Shown in pieces: positions 50,563 to 61,127 of a DNA stretch of 64,000 bases (the stretch's first letter is position 1; each line of letters starts with the position of its first letter). The notes under the pieces were generated by a model. The model saw only the letters and a list, made by a program, of their open reading frames with translations. It was not told the origin of the DNA and searched no databases. This DNA comes from Chloroflexota bacterium. Its GTDB lineage: Bacteria; Chloroflexota; UBA11872; VXOZ01. The stretch covers positions 512,001 through 576,000 of the forward strand of contig OZ244922.1 in NCBI GenBank assembly GCA_965221905.1, in the 5' to 3' direction. The position numbers were made by a program, and so were the translations under genes.

Positions 50563-51396
50563 GTGTCTCGCAGAGGTGGCTTAGGACGGGGACTAGAGGC
50601 GTTACTGCCGGAATCGAGTCTCCAGGACATACCGGTAGAGCGCATTCGCCCTAATCCGCTGCAGCCGCGCCGCACTTTCGCCGAGGATGACTTGGAGGAA
50701 TTAGCCCAGTCAATCCGCGAGCACGGTATCCTGCAGCCGGTTGTGGTCAGCCGCCAACCGGAAGAGGGTATGTATCAACTGATCGTCGGCGAGCGTCGCT
50801 GGCGCGCAGCTAAGCAAGTGGGACTGGCCGCGATTCCCGCCCTCATTAGACCTACCGGCAGCCGTGAAGCATTGGAAATAGCGCTGGTCGAAAACCTCCA
50901 ACGCGCCAGCCTTTCTCCGCTGGAGACGGCTGAAGCCTACGCCGTGCTCATCAGCGAATTCGGCACTACCCAGGAGCAGGTGGCGGCGCGGGTCGGCAAG
51001 AGCCGTTCCGCAGTGGCGAATACTCTCCGTCTGCTCAACTTAGCTACGGCTGTAAAAGACGCTCTCGCCACGGATGCCATCAGCGAAGGCCACGCGCGCG
51101 CCCTGCTGCGGCTGACGACCGAAAGACAGGTCAACGCTCTCGCTGAGGTTGTTCGTCGTGGTCTCAACGTGCGCCAAACCGAACAGTTTGTGCAGCGGCT
51201 GCTTGGGTCGCCGCGTTCCTCCCGCGCCAAGCCGCCCGATGCGCGCAGCGGCGAATGGGAGGACCAGCTCCGGCGCTCGCTCGCGACAAAAGTGGAAATC
51301 CAGCGCCGCGGCAAGCAGGGCACAATTCGCATCCACTTCTTCTCTGATGAGGAACTAGAAGGTCTGGTCGATCGGCTGCTGACGGACGAAGCGTAG
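50563..51396 (+). CDS. parB: Chromosome partitioning protein ParB/Spo0J
   Basis: GLGRGL, QPR, GERRWRA, ENLQR, HTH, GHARALL. Confidence 0.95.
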   Translation: MSRRGGLGRGLEALLPESSLQDIPVERIRPNPLQPRRTFAEDDLEELAQSIREHGILQPVVVSRQPEEGMYQLIVGERRWRAAKQVGLAAIPALIRPTGSREALEIALVENLQRASLSPLETAEAYAVLISEFGTTQEQVAARVGKSRSAVANTLRLLNLATAVKDALATDAISEGHARALLRLTTERQVNALAEVVRRGLNVRQTEQFVQRLLGSPRSSRAKPPDARSGEWEDQLRRSLATKVEIQRRGKQGTIRIHFFSDEELEGLVDRLLTDEA

Positions 51397-51446
51397 CGCG
51401 GCGGGTATTGTACTCTTCCCGATTGACGCGGATCTGGCGCATTGCA

Positions 51447-52754
51447 TTAGCCATCGCCGCTGCTGCTTGCCGCTGCCTCATGCCGCGCGGGGGGAATCAG
51501 CACGCGCCATGCCAGGAACACCGCCAGGGCTATGACCGGTAGAAACGTCCATTGGAAGACGAGCAGTCCGGTGGCGAGATTATAGTTGTCTGCAACGGCA
51601 CCCAGTGCAGGCCCCATCAGCAGGCCGAGCGTGTAGTTGGAGGCTTGTACCAACGAGAGGCAGGAGGCACGCTGGGCCGATACAAGGCGTCGGTTGAGGC
51701 TTTCCAGCATGAGGGGATGGAGCAGGCCTATCATCACGTAGATGCCCAGCATACCTAAAATGACGATGGACATCAGCGACGCATTCACGAACACCACAAG
51801 CGCAGATGCTCCGATTACACCCAGAGAGAGGATCGCGGCGCGTTCGCTGCCCCAGAGCCACGCTCGAATACGGGCTGAGCCAAGCATGAAGACCGACATT
51901 ACACAGTAGTAGAACATGAAGAGAAACCCAAGTTGGGAGTAGGAGAAGCCGAGTGAGGTGAGGTAGGGTCCCGCAAAAGGACGCTCCATCAAGAAGTGGA
52001 CGCGCATCATCACGACGTAAACAATGAGCAGCCCTACGAGTTCGGGGTTGCGCGTAATGGTCTGGATGGTCTCTTTGAGGCGCCCGAAGTAATCACGGGA
52101 CTTTTCCCGGAAGGTGGTCGTCTGTGACGGTGAGGGCAGATTGCGGGCTACGGTTGGCTCGACGAATGTGAACGCGATGCCCGCTGCGGTCAATAGCGAG
52201 GCGGCGCTCCCCCAGAACGATCCGACGAGCCCGGTCTTGGACACGATGAGGCCGGTCAGGAGCATGCCGCTCACCATGCCGACGTTCTCTATCGCCAAGG
52301 CGCGCGCTAACAGTGGTTGGGCTCTCCCTTCCCAGCCTGCTGCCTTGATTGAGTCGTAGAAGAGCGCCATGTCTGCCCCGGAAGCAAATGCCGCCCCGAT
52401 GCCGACCACGATGAATCCCAGCATAAATATGAAGTAGTTAGCGGCGAATATGAGCACGAGCACACCCCCGCAGCCAAGCAGCGCCCCCAAGAAGATGCTC
52501 CACTTGCGGCTGAAGCGGTCGGCAAAGAGGCCTGTCGGCAATTCCGCCGCCACGCTGAAGAGGTTGAGGGAGGCCATCAGGATCATAAACCCCGTGAGCG
52601 AGATGCCGCGATCCTGGAAGTAGAGAGCGAAGATCGGTAAAAGAGTCCCCCAGCGCATTCCCCACGCGTACTTCAGCAGGTAGAATTTCCACACGTTGCG
52701 CCCCAGGCTGCGCGTGTGTTCGAAAGTAGCGCTGCTGTCTGCAGAGTCGAGCAT
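51447..52754 (-). CDS. MFS transporter
   Basis: ELPTGLFADRFSRK motif; ~12 TM segments. Confidence 0.88.
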   Translation of the reverse strand: MLDSADSSATFEHTRSLGRNVWKFYLLKYAWGMRWGTLLPIFALYFQDRGISLTGFMILMASLNLFSVAAELPTGLFADRFSRKWSIFLGALLGCGGVLVLIFAANYFIFMLGFIVVGIGAAFASGADMALFYDSIKAAGWEGRAQPLLARALAIENVGMVSGMLLTGLIVSKTGLVGSFWGSAASLLTAAGIAFTFVEPTVARNLPSPSQTTTFREKSRDYFGRLKETIQTITRNPELVGLLIVYVVMMRVHFLMERPFAGPYLTSLGFSYSQLGFLFMFYYCVMSVFMLGSARIRAWLWGSERAAILSLGVIGASALVVFVNASLMSIVILGMLGIYVMIGLLHPLMLESLNRRLVSAQRASCLSLVQASNYTLGLLMGPALGAVADNYNLATGLLVFQWTFLPVIALAVFLAWRVLIPPARHEAAASSSGDG

Positions 52755-52894
52755 GCGTTAACGGCCCAAAATCGTTGACTCAAAAGCAGCTAGGTACTCG
52801 AATGCGAGCAATGCCGGCACGATTGGCTCAGAGCGAACCCTTGCACGGGGTTCCGATTGCCCTGCTCATCTTAGGCGGGAAGTGGCTCGGCGGT

Positions 52895-53767
52895 CTAGAG
52901 CGGTGGTTGGTAGTTGCCTCGCGGTGAGGCAACTGCTGCCGCTGACTGTCGAGCCGTAGGCGTGGGTGGGGCCGTCTCCTCCTGCTGCGCCCAGCGGAAG
53001 AAGATAATTGCCAAGGGCAGCAGCATGTAGAGACCGCCGCCTATCCACATAATCAAGCCACCGATACGCTGGTCGTCGAGCGCGGCGAAGGCCGTGCCCT
53101 CACGCGGGATGAGGTACGCCGTGTAGAGCACCTGGCCGGAGACCGTGATGAGGACCCCCACGATTTTGAGCCCTGCCGTAGCGAAGAAGATGTAGAGCAG
53201 GCGGCGCGGCGCGGAAAGGCGCGCCCGGAAGGGCCAAGAGTCGACCACGTTCCACCAGAAGAAGATAGCCGGCCAGAAGAACGTGGTGTGTTCGAGCACG
53301 TGTACGATTTCGTCATCCACCGCCGCCGTGTAGAGCAGCGGCGTGTGCCAGAGCCAGAGCGTGGCCAGAAATAGGCCAAGCGCCACGTGGGAGTGGAGCA
53401 GCGTGTGCGTGATGCGGCGCATGACGCGATTGCGCGCCACCGTCACAAAGACCGGGCGTTGCAGGAAGGCCGGCAGGCCCCGCAGCACCATCACGACCGG
53501 CGCGCCAAGCAGCAACAGCGGCGGCACGATGAGCACCAGCAGCAGGTGCTGGATCATGTGCATGGTGAAATACTGCCCGGAGAGCGTATCCACCGGCCCG
53601 ATGAGGGAAATGAGCAGCAGGGCGATGCCCGTGCTGAAAGAGATTCTGCGCCACAACGATGGAGTGGCGCGGCCCCGCCGTTTGGCCTGCGTTACGCCGA
53701 TGGCATAGAAGAGGCTAACAAGGCCGCAGCTTGCCCCAACCGCGAGAGTCGTCAGCGTGCCGACCAT
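52895..53767 (-). CDS. ctaG: caa3 oxidase assembly factor
   Basis: HMIQHLLL, WH.P.LY, DDQRIGGLIMW. Confidence 0.9.
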   Translation of the reverse strand: MVGTLTTLAVGASCGLVSLFYAIGVTQAKRRGRATPSLWRRISFSTGIALLLISLIGPVDTLSGQYFTMHMIQHLLLVLIVPPLLLLGAPVVMVLRGLPAFLQRPVFVTVARNRVMRRITHTLLHSHVALGLFLATLWLWHTPLLYTAAVDDEIVHVLEHTTFFWPAIFFWWNVVDSWPFRARLSAPRRLLYIFFATAGLKIVGVLITVSGQVLYTAYLIPREGTAFAALDDQRIGGLIMWIGGGLYMLLPLAIIFFRWAQQEETAPPTPTARQSAAAVASPRGNYQPPL

Positions 53768-54072
53768 TAAACTGAGCGGAGGCCGAAGAGGACGAGGAGC
53801 GTAATCAGCAAGAGTATCTCAACGGTGAACCCAAAGAAGAAGAAGCCCGCGAACAGCTTGCTATCGTAGCGCAGGTGCATGTAGTACAAAACTACCAAGG
53901 CAAACTTTGTACCGGCCATGATCAGCAGCAACGTTACCAACGGCGCAAAGGGGATGTCCACGTAGTACGTGGCGACTTCAAGGATGGTGAGGATAGTAAG
54001 GATGACGGCAATGCGGACGTAATGTCCGGTGGTGGCGTGTGCCTCATTGCTATGTGTTGCGTCTGTGCCCAC
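53767..54072 (-). CDS. ctaF: Cytochrome c oxidase subunit IV
   Basis: LTILEV, KFALVVLYYMHLRYD. Confidence 0.88.
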   Translation of the reverse strand: MGTDATHSNEAHATTGHYVRIAVILTILTILEVATYYVDIPFAPLVTLLLIMAGTKFALVVLYYMHLRYDSKLFAGFFFFGFTVEILLLITLLVLFGLRSV

Positions 54073-54107
54073 TTTCTCCTCCTCACAGGTGCCTGCAGCA
54101 CCGTAGC

Positions 54108-54740
54108 TTATGACGGGATTAGGTAGATTAGCGTAAAGATGATAATCCAGACAATATCGACAAAGTGCCAGTAGAGGCCGCCCAACTCCACGTCAAGCGA
54201 CTTGACCTTGCCGAAGAAACTCAGCACCACGAGTGAGACGAGCCAGAGGACGCCCACACCGACGTGCGTACCGTGAAAACCGGTGAGTACGAAGAATGTG
54301 GTGCCAAAGAGGTTGGTTGTCAACCCGAGGCCCTCGTGCACGAACGTATAGAATTCTACAACTTGATAGCCCAGGAATATGGTGCCCAGCACCGCCGTCA
54401 GCGAGAGCCAAATCCGCCCTTTGCGGAGCGCGCTGCGACTTTCATCGGAGCCTTTGCGCGCACTGTCGGCCCTTACAAAACCTGCGAGCGCGAGCACCAT
54501 CGCCAAACTGCTCATCAGCAGCACGAACGTACTCTGCGACGTAACCGGCACATTGAGAATCTCATTGGGGTAAGGACCGACAACACTCTTGCCCCGGTAA
54601 ACGAGGTAGGTGGTGATTAGGGAACCAAAGAAGATGCACTCTGAGCCGAGAAAGGCCCACATCAGGATCTTGCGGTGGTTCAAGCCCGTAGTCGTTGGAT
54701 GCTCTTCCGGCGCCTCGCGGGCAAGTGCTGCATCGCTCAT
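54108..54740 (-). CDS. ctaE: Cytochrome c oxidase subunit III
   Basis: FLGSE, TGFHG.HV, YWHFVD. Confidence 0.93.
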   Translation of the reverse strand: MSDAALAREAPEEHPTTTGLNHRKILMWAFLGSECIFFGSLITTYLVYRGKSVVGPYPNEILNVPVTSQSTFVLLMSSLAMVLALAGFVRADSARKGSDESRSALRKGRIWLSLTAVLGTIFLGYQVVEFYTFVHEGLGLTTNLFGTTFFVLTGFHGTHVGVGVLWLVSLVVLSFFGKVKSLDVELGGLYWHFVDIVWIIIFTLIYLIPS

Positions 54741-54881
54741 TCAGAGATTCTCCTCATGCTAGCCCTCAATCAGCTTAATTGTGTTCTGGCATTTCATCCT
54801 CGCCCTCACCCTAGCCCTCTCCCTCGGGGAGAGGGGACAGGATTGGAGCGTAGTTTTCAGCTAATTTCACATGGACAGGTG

Positions 54882-56756
54882 CTAATGTTCGTCGGGCGGA
54901 GTGGACGCGGGCTCCAGCGACCACGCATAGACTGCAACAATCGTCCACGCTACGCCGAGTATCGACACGGCAATGTGGATCATCAGGCCCGCTGCCGCGA
55001 TGGTAAGTCCAGCGCCGACCAAGAGCGGCCAGTACGATGGATTTGGCATGTGAACTTCATGCACTTCGTCAGACTCGTCCGCATGTTCGGCTACGGCCGC
55101 GTTGGCCTTGCTGAGCTGCGCTGCATCGCCGTGTCCGTCACCATACTTGTCGAACCACATCTGATCGCGGTGGGTTACTTGCGGGATTTCATCGAAGTTA
55201 TGTTCTGGCGGCGGGCTGGGTATTGCCCACTCCAAGGTGCGTGCGTCCCACGGGTCGTTGCCGGCGGGCACGCCCTTGATGTAACTAGCTACAAAATTCC
55301 AGAGGAACACCAGGATCGAGACACCAATGAGAAAGGCGCTAATGGTGATGAACATGTTCCAGAAGTCCCAGCCCATGCCGGCGGCATACGTGCCGACGCG
55401 GCGCGGCATGCCGTCGACGCCCACGAAATGCATCGGGAAGAAGGTGAAGTTCATGCCCGCGAACATGAGCCAGAAGTGCCACTTGCCGATTCTTTCGCTC
55501 ATCATGCGTCCGGTGATCTTGGGGTACCAGTAGTAGACCCCGCCCATCAAGGCCAGAATGAGACCGCCGAAGAGCACGTAGTGGAAGTGACCGACGACGA
55601 AGTAGGTGTCCTGGAAGTGCAGGTCCAACGGCACGGCTGCCAGCATTGGGCCGGTTAGCCCGCCGATGAGAAACGTCGTGAGAAAACCAAGTGCAAACAG
55701 CATCGGCGTCGTCAGGCGGATGCGGCCGCCAAAGCAGGTGGCAACCCAGTTGAACATCTTGATGCCGGTTGGAATTGCAATGAGCATGGTGGAGCCGGCG
55801 AAGGCCGCATCGGCAATGGTGCCCATGCCGGTGGTGAACATGTGATGCGCCCACACGCTGAAGCCCAGGAAGCCGATCGACACGGCTGCGAAGACCATGG
55901 CGCTGTAGCCGAAGATCGGCTTGCGCGAAAATGTTGGCAGAATCTCAGAGGCAATGCCGAAACCCGGTAAGACTAAGATGTAGACCTCCGGGTGTCCGAA
56001 AACCCAGAAGAGATGTTGCCAGAGCATCGGGTCGCCGCCCTCGGCCACTTCGTAGAAGTTCGTCCCAAACATGCGGTCGAATTCCAGGAAGATCAGAGCG
56101 GCCGTAATCGCGGGAAAAGCGAAGATAATCAGGAAAGACGTAACGAAGGTCATCCAGACGAAAATGGGCATGCGCATGAGCGTCATACCCGGCGCCCGCA
56201 GGTTGATGATCGTGATGATGAAGTTAAGGGCCGCGGCTACCGACGCGACACCAAGCACCAGCAGACCGAGCCCCCAGAAGTCGATGCTCAGGCCGGGGGA
56301 GTACTCCTTGGTCGTCAGGTTCGCGTAGCCAAACCAACCGCCGTCCGGCGCCTGGCCGAAGAGAAAGCTGCTATGCATGAGAAGGCTGCCGCCAAGGAAC
56401 GTCCAGTAGCTGAAGGCGTTCAGGCGCGGAAAAGCCACGTCACGCGCGCCGATCATTAGCGGAATGAGGAAATTGAAGAACGACGCCGCCATCGGCATGG
56501 CGACCATGAAGACCATAGCAGTGCCGTGCATGGTGAAGAGCTGATTGTACGTATCGGAATCGAGGAGCTTGCCCTCGGGTGTTGCAAGCTGAATCCGAAT
56601 GAGCAGTGCTTCGAGTCCGGCAATAAGAAAGTACATAAGGGACGTGACAAAATAAAGCACGCCGATGCGCTTGTGGTCTATGGTGGTGATCCAACTCCAG
56701 ATCGCCGCCCCAGTGGAGACGCGTTCCTGCGTGCGGACGCCTGCTACTGTTGCCAT
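54882..56756 (-). CDS. ctaD: Cytochrome c oxidase subunit I (A1 type)
   Basis: DHKRIG, GHPEVY, WAHH, HFH. Confidence 0.96.
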   Translation of the reverse strand: MATVAGVRTQERVSTGAAIWSWITTIDHKRIGVLYFVTSLMYFLIAGLEALLIRIQLATPEGKLLDSDTYNQLFTMHGTAMVFMVAMPMAASFFNFLIPLMIGARDVAFPRLNAFSYWTFLGGSLLMHSSFLFGQAPDGGWFGYANLTTKEYSPGLSIDFWGLGLLVLGVASVAAALNFIITIINLRAPGMTLMRMPIFVWMTFVTSFLIIFAFPAITAALIFLEFDRMFGTNFYEVAEGGDPMLWQHLFWVFGHPEVYILVLPGFGIASEILPTFSRKPIFGYSAMVFAAVSIGFLGFSVWAHHMFTTGMGTIADAAFAGSTMLIAIPTGIKMFNWVATCFGGRIRLTTPMLFALGFLTTFLIGGLTGPMLAAVPLDLHFQDTYFVVGHFHYVLFGGLILALMGGVYYWYPKITGRMMSERIGKWHFWLMFAGMNFTFFPMHFVGVDGMPRRVGTYAAGMGWDFWNMFITISAFLIGVSILVFLWNFVASYIKGVPAGNDPWDARTLEWAIPSPPPEHNFDEIPQVTHRDQMWFDKYGDGHGDAAQLSKANAAVAEHADESDEVHEVHMPNPSYWPLLVGAGLTIAAAGLMIHIAVSILGVAWTIVAVYAWSLEPASTPPDEH

Positions 56757-56842
56757 GCCGACACTCCTCGCTGCACAGACGGGGCCGTAACCAAATCAGC
56801 CGATCGAATACGCGGTACCAGCCATCCTATTATTACATGGTT

Positions 56843-56858
56843 TGTGAGCATTTTCACA
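56843..56858. promoter_or_regulatory. Rex/CRP-like operator between ctaC and ctaD
   Basis: TGTGA-GCATTT-TCACA. Confidence 0.5.
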
Positions 56859-56870
56859 TACTATTCCTAG

Positions 56871-57899
56871 CTATTTGAGGGCGGTAATGTACGCCGTGAG
56901 CAAGCGGATATCCTCTTGGCTCAACGCAATCGGGAGAATCATCTCATTGCCCGGCTTCAGGCCTTGTGGATCGCTGAGCCAGCGCGTAACTTCTGCCGGA
57001 GTGTTATCTAGAATGCCACTGGCGATATACGAACGACTGCCGACGTGGGTGAGGTCCGGTCCAATGGTGCCTATGGCATCGGTGCCGCGAATTGTGTGAC
57101 ACGTCACGCAGGCACGACTAACGAAGAGCTCCGCGCCTGCGGCAGCATCGCCGGTCACCTCCACAGCGGGCCGCCCTTGCCGCTCCAGCCAGTCGTTAAA
57201 TGCCATCTCGGACTCGACGACCACGTGATAACGCATTTGCGCGTGCGCCGTACCGCAGTACTCGGCGCATTGCCCCAGGAATAAGCCCTCTTCCTGTGGC
57301 GTAAACCAGATACTGTTTGTGGATCCCGGCATCAAGTCACGCTTACCCATGAGACGCGGTACCCAAAAGGAGTGAATTACGTCGTCAGACTGAAGCTCGA
57401 AATACACCGCACGGTCAATTGGAATGTGAATCTCATTGGCAGTAACCACGTCATGATCGAGATAGTGAACTTCCCACCACCATTGGTGACCGATAACGCG
57501 CACCCGGAGGGCGTCCGCCGGTGGCTCCGCCTCAATTTTAGCCATTGCCTGGTAGGTCAAGATCAGCATTAGTACGACGACAATTGAAGGCGCGAGCGTC
57601 CAGGCAATCTCCAGACGCGTGTTGCCGTGGATTTGCGGGGGGATGCTGTTGTCGCCTTTGCGCGCGCGAAAGCGGAAAACTGAGTAGAGGAGCAAGCCTT
57701 GTACAATCAAGAAAATGACGATCGCCAGCCAGGTCAGGGGGGCATAGAGATCGTTGATGACCTGATTATTGTCAGATCGTGGGAAGAGCGTGGTCTGCGG
57801 GTAGTCCACCGCTCCACAGCCGACAAGGATGGCGATGGCGATCACGCCAATGACTAGCCGCAAAAGCCACCAACCTAGAGCATGTCTTGGAGAGTGCAT
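56871..57899 (-). CDS. ctaC: Cytochrome c oxidase subunit II with fused cytochrome c
   Basis: Lipobox LVGC, DVIHSFW, CuA motif CAEYCG.AH..M, heme motif CVTCH; AAGGAGG RBS. Confidence 0.95.
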   Translation of the reverse strand: MHSPRHALGWWLLRLVIGVIAIAILVGCGAVDYPQTTLFPRSDNNQVINDLYAPLTWLAIVIFLIVQGLLLYSVFRFRARKGDNSIPPQIHGNTRLEIAWTLAPSIVVVLMLILTYQAMAKIEAEPPADALRVRVIGHQWWWEVHYLDHDVVTANEIHIPIDRAVYFELQSDDVIHSFWVPRLMGKRDLMPGSTNSIWFTPQEEGLFLGQCAEYCGTAHAQMRYHVVVESEMAFNDWLERQGRPAVEVTGDAAAGAELFVSRACVTCHTIRGTDAIGTIGPDLTHVGSRSYIASGILDNTPAEVTRWLSDPQGLKPGNEMILPIALSQEDIRLLTAYITALK

Positions 57900-58158
57900 G
57901 CTATGCTGCCTCCTTGCGGTAAGACGCATCCCTCGTCGCGTCTGCCCGTGTGCCGGAGGTCGCACTCTTGCGGAATTTGGAAAGTCCCTGATTAAAGAAG
58001 CACCGGACTCCAATCCAGTGCCGGCATGCCTCAGCCATTTCTATCGCTCACTCCCATGTAGACGATGTCTTCTGTAAAGAGGGCTAGGACGTAGAGTCCG
58101 CTCAACTGCCACAGTATCCCAATCAGCAACAAGCTCTCTTACCCTCATCTTATCTGCG

Positions 58159-58195
58159 TGTGAAAGTAGACACAAAGTCTACCCACACTATTCTA
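58159..58195 (-). promoter_or_regulatory. Putative cta promoter -10 (TAGAAT) with a downstream Rex/CRP-like site
   Basis: TGTGA-AAGTAG-ACACA at 58159-58174; TAGAAT at 58190-58195 on the minus strand. Confidence 0.4.
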
Positions 58196-58270
58196 GCCAC
58201 TCGGTTCTCACGCTACAAGTCGATACAGTACCGCATTGGGAGAAATTTTGGTAGGCTCCATTTCAGTAGC

Positions 58271-58969
58271 TTAAGGCTCACTTTTCACCGTACCCGCGAG
58301 CTGCTGTTTCGCGGCGCGCCAGGCATGCTGCGCTCGTATCCACAGGTGCAGCCACAGGATGCCGATACTATACGCTCCCACCACGTCGCTTGGCCAATGC
58401 ACGCCCAGGTACACGCGGGATATGCCGACCAGGACAATCATCGTGAGCATGCCGGCTACACCAAGCCAACGCAGCCAAGGCCGGCAGGCGTGCTGCCAAA
58501 TGAAGTAGGCGAGGAATCCATAGAAGATCGAAAATGATTGCACGTGTCCGCTGGGAAACGCATAGGAGTCCACACCCAGCGCGGCCAATTGCTCTGCCGC
58601 CAATTCCGGTCGCGGGCGCTCTATGAGAGCTTTTAGCATTTGGTTTAGGAGATGTCCGGTAATTGCCGCGGCTGCGAGAACGACAGCCTGCTGCCGCCAG
58701 CCAAAGATTGCGAGTAGAAGAATAACAGCTATCGTCGTTGGCCCCGCCACGCGGAACCACCCTATGGCGCTGATCGCCCGCAGTAGGGCGTCCAAGAACG
58801 GGAAGTGCCAGGATTGGATCATCTCGCCTAGCGGCACGTCGAGGGGCAGCGGCTCTCCCTGGCGTGCAGCCACGCCCAAGCCAAGCGCAATCACAAGCAG
58901 AGCGAGTTCCGGGAGCCAGGAACGTACGCTCAGGAAGCAGCGCAGATAGACCTTCAAAGCCTCAGCCAT
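58271..58969 (-). CDS. PAP2 family phosphatase
   Basis: K....RPRP, FPSGH, SRVYLGVHWPSD. Confidence 0.92.
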   Translation of the reverse strand: MAEALKVYLRCFLSVRSWLPELALLVIALGLGVAARQGEPLPLDVPLGEMIQSWHFPFLDALLRAISAIGWFRVAGPTTIAVILLLAIFGWRQQAVVLAAAAITGHLLNQMLKALIERPRPELAAEQLAALGVDSYAFPSGHVQSFSIFYGFLAYFIWQHACRPWLRWLGVAGMLTMIVLVGISRVYLGVHWPSDVVGAYSIGILWLHLWIRAQHAWRAAKQQLAGTVKSEP

Positions 58970-59639
58970 CGGGAGACCCCCGTGGCGGAACATGCTCGGC
59001 ACGCTTGGCGGCCTCGGCTTCCAGCTCCGCAGCTTTCTCTTGCTGGCCGGTCTTGAGGTAGTAAGCGATCTTCTTCTGGTCGATGAGATTCTGGTTGTAT
59101 GCGATCCAGTCCCGGTGGTAGGTCTCGTTCACCATGCGGTCCATGATTGCTTGCCAATCTGCGTCGCTCAGTAGCGCCACACAGGGGACGAGGAGCGCGG
59201 CCCAGGCGGTGGTCAGCAGGAGTCCGCCGATGAGCGTGGGAAAGAACGCTTGCAGCAAATTCGCTAGGGTGAAGGCATCGCGAAAACTGGCGATGAGTCC
59301 GGTCTCAGCGCCGCTGGATAGGCTCTGCGCGAAGAGCAAGCCAAGGGGCACGCAGAGTAACAGGAGCACTGCCGCCCCGGCAACGAGGCCCAAATCATTG
59401 CGCCGGCTAACGCGCTGATTGGCCAGCGCCGCTATTGCGCCGGCCAGGCTCAGATAGATCGCGCCGCCGCCGACGATCCAGAGGAGACCTGGCGTGAGCA
59501 GAGTTACCCAACGACTGAGGATGAGAGCCGCAACCCACACGCCAGCCGGCAAGGCTATGCCCGCCAGCAAGCCGCTCAGGGCAACGCGCCACGCCGCCGC
59601 GTATTCAAGCTGAATGCGATGACGAAGGTAATCGTACAT
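58962..59639 (-). CDS. Hypothetical membrane protein
   Basis: About four TM segments; overlaps the start of the PAP2 gene. Confidence 0.65.
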   Translation of the reverse strand: MYDYLRHRIQLEYAAAWRVALSGLLAGIALPAGVWVAALILSRWVTLLTPGLLWIVGGGAIYLSLAGAIAALANQRVSRRNDLGLVAGAAVLLLLCVPLGLLFAQSLSSGAETGLIASFRDAFTLANLLQAFFPTLIGGLLLTTAWAALLVPCVALLSDADWQAIMDRMVNETYHRDWIAYNQNLIDQKKIAYYLKTGQQEKAAELEAEAAKRAEHVPPRGSPDG

Positions 59640-60022
59640 GCCGGGTTGCTCCCAGGCCCGCGCCCTCTATCGCTTCCGGACGCGAACGACGCAGGCAGAG
59701 CGGTCGGGCTCTGCCGCTATAATGCATGCCGCTCGCGGCCGCCGGATTTTCTTCTAGCACGAGCATACGCCATAGCCGGGCCGGAGAAAAGGGGAAGGCA
59801 CGGCCGGGGATGATTGACCGAGAGTTGCCGGCGCGGCGATGGGTCCCTCCGCGGGAGACCTTTACGTAGCTCTGCCAAGCAAGCGGATTTGGGTTGGATT
59901 GACGAGGATTCACCCTCACTCCAGCCTTCCTCCTGTTGCATAGACCGGGGAGATGGGATTTTATCGCTTTGGCGAGGGTTGGGCAAGGGTCATTGTGCAG
60001 TGGCCTGAGGTGGTTCCGGGCC

Positions 60023-60778
60023 CTATACCAGGCCCGCGTTGTGCAGGAAAGCTGTCAGCAGGTTGCGCATTTGCTTCCGGTAGTGGGATTCGTAGCGGGC
60101 AAACTCCCGCAGGTTGCGGGCGGCTTCCTCATTGGCGTCGAACCGGTCTCCCATCAGTGTGTAGTCGCCGGACAGTTCCCGGTTCCACACCTGCAATTCC
60201 TCCAGAGTGAGTTGCGGCTCGAACTGGAACGCGTAGGAGTTGCCGTAGCGGAAGGCCATGTTGATTTTGCGGTAGCTCCCATCGCGGCAGAGCATGAACC
60301 CTTCCGCCAGACGGGTGGCACCCTGGGGGATGGAGAAACATTCCCCGTGAAGGGTTGGCGCCAGGGGAATAGTCAGTTTGCCGAAGACCGGGTCAGCGTC
60401 GCCGGCGGCAGTCACGTATAACTTGCGCAATCCGAATTGATAGCCGCCCGTCGGCTCCACCGTGCCACCCAGGGCCGCGGCCATGATCTGAGCCCCCAGG
60501 CAGATGCCCAGCACGGGCTTGCCCAGGTCCATAGCCCGGCGCAGGTATGCGCGCTCATGGTGAATGGCGGGATAGTCGTCGTTGGCCGACATTGGGCCGC
60601 CGAGTGCCACCACGAGGTCAACCTGCTCCGGCGGTGGAGGCGCAAAGCGGTCGAAGGCGGGAGATGACTCGAAGACGTTTAGGGGTTCGAGTTGAAAGCC
60701 GTGTTGCTCCAGAACACCGGTAAAGTTGGCGGCCAGGGTCTCCGGCTCGGCATGGCGAATGACCAACGCTCGCTTCAT
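60023..60778 (-). CDS. Class I glutamine amidotransferase-like protein
   Basis: LGGPMSAND, LGICLGAQ; the usual FHPE motif reads FEPQ. Confidence 0.85.
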   Translation of the reverse strand: MKRALVIRHAEPETLAANFTGVLEQHGFQLEPLNVFESSPAFDRFAPPPPEQVDLVVALGGPMSANDDYPAIHHERAYLRRAMDLGKPVLGICLGAQIMAAALGGTVEPTGGYQFGLRKLYVTAAGDADPVFGKLTIPLAPTLHGECFSIPQGATRLAEGFMLCRDGSYRKINMAFRYGNSYAFQFEPQLTLEELQVWNRELSGDYTLMGDRFDANEEAARNLREFARYESHYRKQMRNLLTAFLHNAGLV

Positions 60779-60877
60779 GGGTTGTCCTGGGTTCAGACCT
60801 TTGCGTAACTCTGCCTAACAGTTGGAACTGCATCTGGCTGGCGCCAATTTCCCCTCATCCCCGGCCCTCTCCCGGCG

Positions 60878-61127
60878 GAGACCTTTGCGTAACTTCGGCT
60901 GACGGCGCAAGAATTACCCCCTCTCCCGGCGGAGACTTTTGCATTACTCCGTCATTCCGGCGAAAGCCGGAATCCAGAGGGGGGTGTGGGTAGACAGGGA
61001 TCGCTTGTCGTGAGGCCGTTATTCACCCCCATCCCGACCTTCCCTCATCAGGGGGGAATGGGTTTCGCAATGGTTTCCGCCGGGAGAGGGGACTTTCTCG
61101 CCTCAGCAAGGGTTATGCAAAATTCTC
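60878..61127. mobile_element. Nested MITEs (inner copy 60932-61077)
   Basis: Outer ends GAGACCTTTGCGTAAC / GTTATGCAAAATTCTC; inner ends GAGACTTTTGC / GCAATGGTTTC. Confidence 0.7.

Noticed and set aside
59640-60020. ncRNA downstream of an orphan TATAAT at 59718
   Set aside because: No -35, no recognisable SRP, 6S, tmRNA or riboswitch motif; the distal part is a decayed MITE
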